From positions 338,950-402,949 of the forward strand of contig CAWCMT010000005.1 in the NCBI GenBank assembly GCA_963796725.1: a DNA stretch of 64,000 nucleotides, read 5' to 3'. Made by a program: the position numbers and the translations under genes. Of this stretch, positions 55,887 to 63,831 are shown piece by piece. The notes below the pieces were generated by a model. That model ran no database searches and was not told where the DNA came from. It saw only the letters and a program-made list of their open reading frames with translations. This DNA is from an uncultured Actinomycetes bacterium. GTDB taxonomy: Bacteria; Actinomycetota; UBA4738; HRBIN12. Position 1 is the first letter of the stretch. Each line of letters starts with the position of its first letter.

Positions 55887-56722
55887 GCGAACTCCTCCAG
55901 CTGCCTCGCCACGGCATCCCACTCATCGTCATCCACCCGCACGAAGTGATTGCGCTCACGCTCCATGATCAGAGGAACGCCACGACCGAGGGTCGTCTGA
56001 CACACGATCGTCTTGGGCCGATCCGTCACCGCGCGCGCACGGTCGAACGCCCCCAGCAGGGCCTCGACGTCGTTTCCGTCCACGTCGTCCGCCCACCACC
56101 CGAACGAGCGCCACTTCTCCGCCAGCGGTTCGACCTCGAGGACCAACTCCCCATCGGCTTGCGTGCGGTTCACGTCGATGACGTTCACGAGGTTGCCGAG
56201 CTCCTGATCGCCGGCGAACAAAGCGGACTCCCAGGTGGACCCCTCCTGCACCTCGCCATCGGTCATGAAGTTGAAGATCCGAGCGGGGTAGCCCTTCATC
56301 CGATAGCCGACCGCGAGCCCGGCAGCTACGCCGAGGCCGTGCGCCAGCGATCCACCGGTGAGCTCGACGAGCCCCGGGTGTCCTTCGTGCGTCGACATGA
56401 TCAGCTCGGTCCCATCGGCTCCGTAGGAGTCGAGGTCGAAGCCCTCCAGATGGCCGGCCTCCGCGAGGGCCGACCACAACCCGATCGAGTAGTGACCCGC
56501 CGAGAAGATCAGCCGGTCGATCTCAGGGGTGCGCCGGTCCGGGTCGTAGCGCAACTCCGCACAGAACAGGACGGCGAGGATATCGGCGACGTCCAGGCCC
56601 TGCCCGACGTACCCCTCTCCCTTTCCCGACGCCATCCGCACGACGTTTCGCCGGATCTGTTTTGCGTGCGCCCGAAGGGATTCCACAACCGTGGTGGCCT
56701 CCAAGGTCGGGTCAGCACCCAT
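55883..56722 (-). CDS. Transketolase, N-terminal (TPP-binding) subunit of a split enzyme
   Basis: From ATG 56722: ..KGEGYVGQGLDVADILAVLF..SAGHYSIGLWSAL..GSLAHGLGVAAGLA..MTDGEVQEGSTWE.. Confidence 0.9.
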   Translation of the reverse strand: MGADPTLEATTVVESLRAHAKQIRRNVVRMASGKGEGYVGQGLDVADILAVLFCAELRYDPDRRTPEIDRLIFSAGHYSIGLWSALAEAGHLEGFDLDSYGADGTELIMSTHEGHPGLVELTGGSLAHGLGVAAGLAVGYRMKGYPARIFNFMTDGEVQEGSTWESALFAGDQELGNLVNVIDVNRTQADGELVLEVEPLAEKWRSFGWWADDVDGNDVEALLGAFDRARAVTDRPKTIVCQTTLGRGVPLIMERERNHFVRVDDDEWDAVARQLEEFA

Positions 56723-56751
56723 CGATCTGAACTCCCAAGTCAGAAGGTGAG

Positions 56752-56764
56752 CAGATAACCTGCT
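56752..56764. promoter_or_regulatory. Copy d of the recurring motif (CAGATAACCTGCT, embedded in the dyad GAGCAG-ATAAC-CTGCTC), 30 nt upstream of the transketolase operon
   Basis: Read from the sequence. It has perfect 6-bp inverted arms. Confidence 0.5.
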
Positions 56765-56936
56765 CTCGACGCGAAGTATGGTCACGGGCCATGTGAGCGT
56801 CAAATGCGCCGGCGCCGCCCGAGCCAACGAACGTCCGCTTCGGCTCAGCCGGATGTCAAGCGGCGGATCTGGGGGCCCCCATGGCGCCGGGCGCCGCCCG
56901 CGTCATCTCCGGATGGGCCTCGAGCACCTGGTCGGG

Positions 56937-57593
56937 CTACCCGCGGAAGCCGATCTCGTCGTGGGTACCATCGCAGAACGGTTTGTTGGACGACTGACCG
57001 CACCGGCAGAGGGTCACGCGGTTCCGTGTTTCCCAGACGTGCCCGTCGACCGACTCGACCCGCACGCCACCGCGGACCCAGTACGGACCGTTCCGCTCCA
57101 CCACCACATCAGGCTCGAAGTCGGCTTCGATCGGTGTGCCACCCTCGTCGATCAGCACCAGCCGCCCCGACGGACACCGGAACACGATGGCCTCTTCCTT
57201 GGCACGGACATCGGGCTCGTCGATGGCCTCCATCCGGTCCCAGACATTGCTGGTGTAGTCGCGGCAGAAGCCCGCGTGGGTGCATAGCGACTCGTCGTCG
57301 GTCAGGGTCAGACCGCCGCCGGGGAAAGACTCGCGGCGATCGGCCGTCGGTCCGCGATCGGCGACCTCGGTGCCGTCGAACCCCTCCAGGTGGGAGTCGT
57401 CGCAGAACGGCTTCGTCTTCGACCTGCCGCACCGGCAGAGCTTCACCAGACTCCCGCTCTCGTAGGGAGCGTCGACCTCCCACTCGATCGGCTCGCCGCG
57501 CTCGGTCTCCACGATCCGGCCAGGGGACACCGGGATGTCGCGGACGCTGTACGGGCCGTTCTCCGTGACCTGGATGCCGGGGTCGTTCGCCAT
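56937..57593 (-). CDS. CDGSH iron-sulfur domain protein (two CDGSH motifs)
   Basis: From ATG 57593: ..CRCGRSKTKPFCDDSH.. and ..CRCGQSSNKPFCDGTH.., with an extra Cys pair between them (CTHAGFC). Confidence 0.85.
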   Translation of the reverse strand: MANDPGIQVTENGPYSVRDIPVSPGRIVETERGEPIEWEVDAPYESGSLVKLCRCGRSKTKPFCDDSHLEGFDGTEVADRGPTADRRESFPGGGLTLTDDESLCTHAGFCRDYTSNVWDRMEAIDEPDVRAKEEAIVFRCPSGRLVLIDEGGTPIEADFEPDVVVERNGPYWVRGGVRVESVDGHVWETRNRVTLCRCGQSSNKPFCDGTHDEIGFRG

Positions 57594-57604
57594 GACTCGC
57601 GAGC

Positions 57605-57991
57605 CTACATGTTGGCCATGAGCTCCATCATCTTCGCGTTGTCGTCGGTCACCATCACCACGCGATCGCCGGTGGCCACGTAGACAGCCCTCACGTTGAT
57701 CCCTGCGTCGGCGACGGCTCGAGCCATCGCGCCCATGGTCCCGGGCGACTCGGCGCCCGCCACCGCCTCCCCGAGGAGTGCATCTTCTGAGTCGTTGACC
57801 TGGATACCGGCTGCCTCCAGCGCGCTCCTGGCCGCCGCACCGTCCATCACGCAGAGATGGATGGTGCCGCGCCCGCCGGATGCGAAGCCGCACACCCCTT
57901 CGATGTTGATGCCGGCGGCGCCCAGCGCCTCGCCCACGGACGCGAGTCCGCCGGGTCGGTCCTCCATGGAGATCGTCAGATCGGTTGCCAT
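57605..57991 (-). CDS. ACT-domain protein
   Basis: 128 aa; two ACT-like halves (LTISMEDRPGGLASVGEALGAAGINIEG.. and ..PGTMGAMARAVADAGINVRAV). Confidence 0.75.
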   Translation of the reverse strand: MATDLTISMEDRPGGLASVGEALGAAGINIEGVCGFASGGRGTIHLCVMDGAAARSALEAAGIQVNDSEDALLGEAVAGAESPGTMGAMARAVADAGINVRAVYVATGDRVVMVTDDNAKMMELMANM

Positions 57992-58096
57992 ACGTTGGTT
58001 CTCCTTCCCTCGATGAGCTACCAGGGATACGCCCGCGCTGGTCTCTGGTCAAGTCGAGGGCCACGGGCCCCACGCGTTCAGACGCCGTGAGAACGG

Positions 58097-59131
58097 ATGC
58101 ACGGGACGGCGGATAGGCTTCTGCCCGTGGATCGGTTGGAGAGGGCCGTCGGGCGGACGGCTCGGGACATGGGGTTCTCCGGGGTCGTGCGCGTGGACCG
58201 CACTGCCGCCGAGAGCTTCGTGAGGGCCTACGGGCTGGCCGATCGCGGGCACGGGATCGTCAACCTGCCCGAGACACGCTTCGCGATCGCGAGCGGCGTG
58301 AAGGGGATGACGGCCCTCACCCTCATGAGCCTCGTCGAGGACGGAGCGCTGGCGCTCGACACCAGGGCGAGATCGGTGCTGGGCGAGGACCTGCCGCTGA
58401 TCGACGACGGTGTCACGATCGAACACCTGCTGGCGCATCGATCAGGGATCGGCGACTACCTGGACGAGGAAGCCATGGACGACATCAACGACTACGCCAT
58501 GCCGGTGCCCGTGCACGAGCTGGCATCGACGGAGGCGTACCTCTCGATCCTCGACGGCCATCCCACCGCGTTCCCACCGGGCGAGCGGTTCGCCTACAAC
58601 AACGGCGGCTTCGTGGTGCTGGCACTGATCGCCGAGCGTGTGAGCGGCGTGGCGTTCCACGAGCTGATCCGACAACGTGTCTGCGAACCGGCCGACATGG
58701 CCGACACCGCCTTCGTCAGGTCCGACGAGCTGCCTGGGGATGGGGCGCTCGGCTACCTCACGGTCGACGGGTCGCGAACCAACGTGTTCCACCTGCCGGT
58801 TCTGGGCAGCGGGGACGGCGGCATCTACTCCACGGCGGACGACATCAGCCGGTTCTGGAGCGCACTGTTCGCCGGACGGATCCTGCCGGGCGAACGCGTG
58901 GCAGAGATGGTGCGCCCGCGCAGCGACGTGCCGGAGGAGTGGAAGCGCTACGGGCTCGGCTTCTGGCTCGGTGGGACGAGCGACACCGTGATGCTGGAGG
59001 GCTACGACGCCGGCGTCTCGTTCCGCAGCACCCACGACCCCGCATCGGCCACCACCGCCACCGTGATCTCGAACACGTCAGGGGGCGCCTGGGCGATGGT
59101 GGACCTGCTCGACGACCTCATCGGATGGTGA
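58097..59131 (+). CDS. Serine hydrolase, beta-lactamase/PBP4*-like family
   Basis: ..RFAIASGVKGMTAL (S-x-x-K)..YNNGGFVVLA (Y-x-N)... Confidence 0.85.
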   Translation: MHGTADRLLPVDRLERAVGRTARDMGFSGVVRVDRTAAESFVRAYGLADRGHGIVNLPETRFAIASGVKGMTALTLMSLVEDGALALDTRARSVLGEDLPLIDDGVTIEHLLAHRSGIGDYLDEEAMDDINDYAMPVPVHELASTEAYLSILDGHPTAFPPGERFAYNNGGFVVLALIAERVSGVAFHELIRQRVCEPADMADTAFVRSDELPGDGALGYLTVDGSRTNVFHLPVLGSGDGGIYSTADDISRFWSALFAGRILPGERVAEMVRPRSDVPEEWKRYGLGFWLGGTSDTVMLEGYDAGVSFRSTHDPASATTATVISNTSGGAWAMVDLLDDLIGW

Positions 59132-59142
59132 GCCCGCCAGCG

Positions 59143-60432
59143 CTATCGGAACAACCTCTCGACCGCGAACTTTGCGTACGGTCCCGGGTTCACGGACCCC
59201 GCCACCACCACCTTGCCGCCCGAGATCGCGAGCGCGGCGCCGTAGCTCGGCTTCGACCACGGACGGGCCTGCACGCCGTTCTTGCCGAAGCCGGGATCCC
59301 GCGCACCCTTGGGTGTGTACCGGGCAACGAACATGTCGGGGTTGCGGAATCCCACGACGAGCAGCTTCCCGCCGGGCTGGCGGACCAGACCGGACGCCTG
59401 ATCTGCACTGCCGATGTCGTCGACGATATATCCGGTACCTCCTCCGAAACCGGGATCGGGCGTGCCGTCCGGCGAGAGCCGCAGGAGCGCGATATCGGGC
59501 GCGTTGACCCCGTCGAACGCCGTGGCGGAGATCACCAACTTGCCGCCGGGGAGAGCCACGACCCCGGTGCCCGAATCGGACACGAGTGCGGGGACATAGG
59601 TCGCGATGCCGTCCGTATCGAAGCCGGTGGCCGGAGTTCCATCCGGACGGAAGACCGCGACGGCGATCGAGTTGTGGGTCCCGTCGTTGGTCGTGCCCAC
59701 CGCAACCAGCTTCGCCCCCACGTGGGTCAGTGCCGTGCAATAGGACTGGGTGGCTCCGGGGAAGTCCACAACGGCGAGGCCCCCCGCGTTGAACGTGGGA
59801 TCCAGGCCGCCGTTGGGCCGATAGCGCGCGATCGCGAAGAGCGTTGGCGTGGACGCATAGGAGCCGCAGACCGCGAACCGTCCGTCGCCTAGGACCGTCA
59901 GTCCCTTTCCGGACGCTCCCCACGGCTGGAACTTCGTGATCACGATCCCGTCGCCCCCGCCGAAGGTCCTATCGAGGCGCCCGTTCGGCGTGAGCCGGAG
60001 CACCACGAACCGCCCCTTCGAGGCGACGGGGTCGAAGGCCTGCCCCGCCACCAGGATCTTGCCGCCGGGCAGCAGGGTCACGGCGTTGGCGATGTCCGCG
60101 TCGCCGAAGAAGTTCCGCACGAAACGGCCGTCGCCCCCGCCGAAGGTCCGGTCGAGCTTCCCGTCCGCGGTCAGACGTATCAGGGCCAGGTTCTCGTTCG
60201 ACTCGAACCCCACCGCGCCGGCCACCAGGACCCTCGCCCCTTGCACGGCCACGGCACGCACGTCGGAGACACGCCCACCGAAGCCGACGATCGCCCGTCC
60301 GGTGCCGTTGAACGATCGATCGAGCCGGCCCGGTCGGTGCGTGGCGGCCGCGGCGCTTGGGGGTCCGCCCATCAGGACCAGCCCGGCGGCAAGGACGGCC
60401 AGGAGACGGAACCGCCCGGATATCGACGTCAT
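59143..60432 (-). CDS. Secreted beta-propeller protein built from seven ~60-aa repeats (delta-60-repeat-like)
   Basis: The signal is MTSISGRFRLLAVLAAGLVLMGGPPSAAAA. The repeat core L(D/R)xxF(G/N)xxG occurs seven times (LDRSFNGTG, LDRTFGGGDG x2, LDPTFNAGG, ATGFDTDG, PDPGFGGGTG, RDPGFGKNG). Confidence 0.75.
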   Translation of the reverse strand: MTSISGRFRLLAVLAAGLVLMGGPPSAAAATHRPGRLDRSFNGTGRAIVGFGGRVSDVRAVAVQGARVLVAGAVGFESNENLALIRLTADGKLDRTFGGGDGRFVRNFFGDADIANAVTLLPGGKILVAGQAFDPVASKGRFVVLRLTPNGRLDRTFGGGDGIVITKFQPWGASGKGLTVLGDGRFAVCGSYASTPTLFAIARYRPNGGLDPTFNAGGLAVVDFPGATQSYCTALTHVGAKLVAVGTTNDGTHNSIAVAVFRPDGTPATGFDTDGIATYVPALVSDSGTGVVALPGGKLVISATAFDGVNAPDIALLRLSPDGTPDPGFGGGTGYIVDDIGSADQASGLVRQPGGKLLVVGFRNPDMFVARYTPKGARDPGFGKNGVQARPWSKPSYGAALAISGGKVVVAGSVNPGPYAKFAVERLFR

Positions 60433-60503
60433 CTGCAGCCCTCCACGGCTCAAGAGTTGAGCGAAGCCTAGGTCATCGTCGCCGGCGACGCGCCACGACG
60501 CGG

Positions 60504-61160
60504 TTACGCGCGTTCGAACACCTGGAGGCGCCAACCCCAGCGCACCCGTCGATCCTGGACGCGTTGGAACCCGGCGGCGCTGATCTTGCGCTCCACCGAG
60601 TCCAGATCGTGGATGAAGGTGCGGAACCCGTGATACTTGCCATCACGCAGGGCGTACCAGCGGTTCCAGATCCAGGAGGTGGCGCGGTTGAGGGCGCCGA
60701 CGACTCCCCGGTCAACGGGCGCCGAGTATGCGAACATCGAACGGGCCGCCGCGGTGGCGTTCTCGATCAGGCCGTCGACGTGGGGGTAGCAGCAGACCAC
60801 CCGGTTCGACGTCACGATGTCGGCGGGCGCGAGCGCCATCTTCGCCCCGTCGCCCACGACGAACGTCGCGCGGTCGGCGAGACCCCTGGAGATCGCCAGC
60901 TCACGTGCGTTCTGGATCCCGCCCGCGCCCAGGTCCATGCCGGTCCCTCGGCTCGCCCCTCGCGCGAGCAGTGCGAGCATCAGGTCCCCAGTCCCGCAGC
61001 CCACGTCGAGCACGGTGCGCCCCTCGAGCCCTCGTTCGGCCAGGGCGCTCACCATCACGGTCGCGACGCGGGTAACGGTCTCTTTGGACCGCGCTCGGCG
61101 CGCGTTGTACGCCGACCACTCGTCGAAGCAACAGTTCGGCTGGTCCTCGCCGGTCGCCAT
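60504..61160 (-). CDS. Class I SAM-dependent methyltransferase
   Basis: ..VLDVGCGTGDLMLALL (motif I)..GMDLGAGGIQNAR.. Confidence 0.85.
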   Translation of the reverse strand: MATGEDQPNCCFDEWSAYNARRARSKETVTRVATVMVSALAERGLEGRTVLDVGCGTGDLMLALLARGASRGTGMDLGAGGIQNARELAISRGLADRATFVVGDGAKMALAPADIVTSNRVVCCYPHVDGLIENATAAARSMFAYSAPVDRGVVGALNRATSWIWNRWYALRDGKYHGFRTFIHDLDSVERKISAAGFQRVQDRRVRWGWRLQVFERA

Positions 61161-61185
61161 GTCGTGACTCTACGTCGACGCGCCC

Positions 61186-61623
61186 TCAGCGAGCCACGCC
61201 CGTCCGGTGAGGCACCGGCTGCTGGAGCGGGACCGGCCACGTCGGCTGGAACACGGGCTGCTGGAGCGGGACCGGCCACGTCGGCTGGAGGAGGGAGGGA
61301 GACCCCGTGGTTCCACACGCCTCGTTCCGGCGGTGCACCGCGCCGCTGAGCGTCTCGCGCAACCGAGCCTCCAGCTCCCGGAGTCGCTGCCTCGGTAGCG
61401 AGCTGCCCTCGTAGGGGACCACGAGCGGACCATCGTCTAGGAGCATCCGGAACCGGTCGACCATCCGTGACAGCTCGATCGTCGCGTTCACGCACCGGGC
61501 GGATGGGAGCCTCCCACCCGAAGTCGAGCAGCCCGCGCACAGCATCGCGAGTACGAGCATCGGCACGAAGCGGACCGTGGTCGATCGCGCGCTCCATCCC
61601 CTCGAATCTCGCGACCATGTCAT
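61186..61623 (-). CDS. Lipoprotein of unknown function with a duplicated QPTWPVPLQQPV C-terminal repeat
   Basis: ..VRFVPMLVLAMLCAGCS is the lipobox. The start is uncertain (ATG 61623 or a downstream Met). The upstream part of ORF 61186..61923 looks non-coding. Confidence 0.55.
   Translation of the reverse strand: MTWSRDSRGWSARSTTVRFVPMLVLAMLCAGCSTSGGRLPSARCVNATIELSRMVDRFRMLLDDGPLVVPYEGSSLPRQRLRELEARLRETLSGAVHRRNEACGTTGSPSLLQPTWPVPLQQPVFQPTWPVPLQQPVPHRTGVAR
61213..61290. repeat. Tandem direct repeat, 2 x 39 bp
   Basis: CACCGGCTGCTGGAGCGGGACCGGCCACGTCGGCTGGAA is followed by CACGGGCTGCTGGAGCGGGACCGGCCACGTCGGCTGGAG (37 of 39 identical). Confidence 0.9.
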
Positions 61624-61795
61624 GACCTTGCCCGCCGTTCGCCACCTAGTCAACCGCCCCGTGACCTGTGAAGACGGGGAGATCGACGCGATCCGCCCAC
61701 GGCCGTACCCCAGATGCGGAACTACCGCAACTGCGGTACGGTCGCTCTTCAGGGACTCGGACCGAGGGAGTCCCATCTCGAAAGGGGGAAGGTTC

Positions 61796-62554
61796 ATGAG
61801 GCTTCGGCTTCTGCTCGGCCTCTGCACGGTAGTGGCGGTGCTCGCCCTGCCTGCGATCGCGAGCGCAGATCCGTTCACAGGGCCGCCGATCTGCGCGACC
61901 GCGGGAACGGCGGTATCCGGCACGTACCACCATCTCGCGATCTCGGGTGATGCCTATGTTCCGGCCGGTGAAACCCTGACCGTGCGCGACAACCTGAAGA
62001 TCCGTCGCGGCGGCTGCCTGGACGCATTCACCCTGGGGACCGTGACGGTTGGGCGCAACATCCTGGTCAATAAGGGTGCGGTCCTGGCGCTCGGATGCAC
62101 CCCGGACTCGATCGGGCCCGGAGAACCCTGCAACGGACAGACCACGAACGACACGGTGGGCCGCAACATCATCGGCCACCACCCGCTCACGATGTACCTC
62201 GACGGCAACACGGTCGGGGGTAGCGTGATCTCGATCGGCGGCGGCCCGGGGCTCAGCGAGTACGCCCCGTTCCTGAACTTCCCGATCAAGGACAACACGA
62301 TCGGGAAGAACCTCATCGTCAAGTTCTGGAGAGGCGGCTGGGCCGGCGCGATCCGGAACGATGTCGGCGGGAACCTGATCTGGTCCCACAACAAGAGCGT
62401 GTTGGATCCCGACTCGAACGAGGTTCAGACCAACATGGTCGGTGGGAACCTGTCGTGCTGGGGCAACTCCCCCAAGGCGCAGGTGAACGCCGGCGACGGT
62501 GGACAGCCGAACATCGTCGGCGGGCACAAGCTCGGGCAGTGCGCCGGACTCTGA
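61796..62554 (+). CDS. Secreted Cys-containing protein with beta-helix-like degenerate repeats
   Basis: ATG 61796 has a GGGGGAAGG RBS. The signal is MRLRLLLGLCTVVAVLALPAIASA. VG(G/R)N(L/I) turns recur about every 20-25 residues. Confidence 0.6.
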   Translation: MRLRLLLGLCTVVAVLALPAIASADPFTGPPICATAGTAVSGTYHHLAISGDAYVPAGETLTVRDNLKIRRGGCLDAFTLGTVTVGRNILVNKGAVLALGCTPDSIGPGEPCNGQTTNDTVGRNIIGHHPLTMYLDGNTVGGSVISIGGGPGLSEYAPFLNFPIKDNTIGKNLIVKFWRGGWAGAIRNDVGGNLIWSHNKSVLDPDSNEVQTNMVGGNLSCWGNSPKAQVNAGDGGQPNIVGGHKLGQCAGL

Positions 62555-62614
62555 GCCGGACTCTGAGCTGAGAACGACCAACCCGGCGGCCGTGATCGTC
62601 CGGGCGATCAGAGG

Positions 62615-62647
62615 GACGTAGCGGGGAGCAGAGCTCCCCGCTACGTC
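62615..62647. terminator. Perfect hairpin (15-bp stem, 3-nt loop) between convergent genes; likely bidirectional terminator
   Basis: GACGTAGCGGGGAGC-AGA-GCTCCCCGCTACGTC. The 3' arm overlaps the stop codon of the minus-strand gene. Confidence 0.6.
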
Positions 62648-63831
62648 TGCGTCATGGCCTCGGCGAGGCGCTCCTTCGCGGCGGCCCGAACGCGCTCATA
62701 CGTGTCCGGCGCGATGAGCCCTTCCTCGAACGCGATGTCGACGGCCGCGATCTCTTCCAGGAGCACGTCGGCATCGCTCGTGACACCTGACGACCTCGGA
62801 CCAGCCACCGTGGCGGAGGCAGGGACCCGAGGTTGCGCCTGGCGCGACGCGTGCGCCGGGCGGGCGGGCTCGGTGCGCCGACGACGACGGAGGAACCGCC
62901 ACACCGCGACGGCCAGCATCAGCAGCAAGATCGCGATCCCCGTCACCACGAACTCCCCGGCATGCGCCGTCGACGTTACCGCCGCGCCCAGCGCGACCGA
63001 GATGGTTCGATCCGCGGCGACGTTCGCGGCCGTGAACACCTGATAAGCGGTCCCGCGGTCGGTGATCGTGCCGCCCGACGTCATGCCGGGGGCCGTCGCG
63101 GTGAGCGTATCGGCGACGAACAGGTGGAGGTTCCCCGTGGCCATGGGCGAGACCAGCCGCAGCTGCGGCAGCGATGGCACCACGTAGCGCACGGTGGCGG
63201 TCGACGAACCGGGCACGATCGGCTGCGTCCCCTCGTAGGTGGTCCCGTGTACCCGGCCCCCGCCGTTGAGATACACGCCCAGCACCTGGACGTCGTGCGC
63301 CCCGGGCGCCAGCGGGAACCGCGTCACGACACCGCTGCCGTGGCCAGGCCCGATGTAGGCCGTCTTACCGTCGTTCTGCCAGGACAGATCCTGCTGAACC
63401 AGGATCCCGCCCGGCATCGGGTCGATCCAGACCACCCAGTTCGTCTGTGCGACCGCGACCGCGTCGGTGGTCGCCCGATACACCCGCAGCTTGACCGGTT
63501 CGGTCGTTCCCGCCTCCGTCATCGGGGACCTGTACGTGCCGCCGCGGAAGGTCGTGACGAGCTGGTAGCTGGTGGCGTTGGACGGGAGTGCACCGTAGGT
63601 CACACGCCCTCGCGCATCCGTCACCCCCGCCGTGCTCGCGAGCGGAGTCTCGCCCTCGTAGGCGAGCAGGAGCACGCGCTGGGCCGGGACGGGCCGCTCG
63701 ACGGTGGCGTCGACCACGATCCCGGTGACACCGGCGGCCCCGGCGGCGCGTGCAGGCGCCGCGGCCAGGGCGAGCAACAACGGGACCACCGTCAGCAGGG
63801 CGATGGTGGGACGACGGGCTATCCGGTTCAC
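62641..63831 (-). CDS. Secreted, C-terminally TM-anchored protein with a carboxypeptidase-regulatory-like (Ig-like) N-terminal domain
   Basis: The signal is ..IALLTVVPLLLALAAAPARA. It continues GVTGIVVDA..GVTDARGRVTYGALP.., then the TM helix FVVTGIAILLLMLAVAVW and a cytoplasmic tail. GTG 63831 has a GGAGGTGAGG RBS. Confidence 0.65.
   Translation of the reverse strand: MNRIARRPTIALLTVVPLLLALAAAPARAAGAAGVTGIVVDATVERPVPAQRVLLLAYEGETPLASTAGVTDARGRVTYGALPSNATSYQLVTTFRGGTYRSPMTEAGTTEPVKLRVYRATTDAVAVAQTNWVVWIDPMPGGILVQQDLSWQNDGKTAYIGPGHGSGVVTRFPLAPGAHDVQVLGVYLNGGGRVHGTTYEGTQPIVPGSSTATVRYVVPSLPQLRLVSPMATGNLHLFVADTLTATAPGMTSGGTITDRGTAYQVFTAANVAADRTISVALGAAVTSTAHAGEFVVTGIAILLLMLAVAVWRFLRRRRRTEPARPAHASRQAQPRVPASATVAGPRSSGVTSDADVLLEEIAAVDIAFEEGLIAPDTYERVRAAAKERLAEAMTQT

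Noticed and set aside
56778-57287. 169-aa plus-strand ORF starting just downstream of motif copy d. This raised the idea that the motif is a plus-strand promoter (its TAACCT resembles a TANNNT -10 hexamer).
   Set aside because: The ORF is antisense to the CDGSH gene and has shadow-ORF composition. Motif orientation relative to the regulated genes differs between copies, which fits an operator better than a promoter.
62543-62566. 12-bp tandem duplication GCCGGACTCTGA x2 at the stop codon of 61796..62554
   Set aside because: It is real in the sequence but merely duplicates the stop codon. It has no evident functional consequence.
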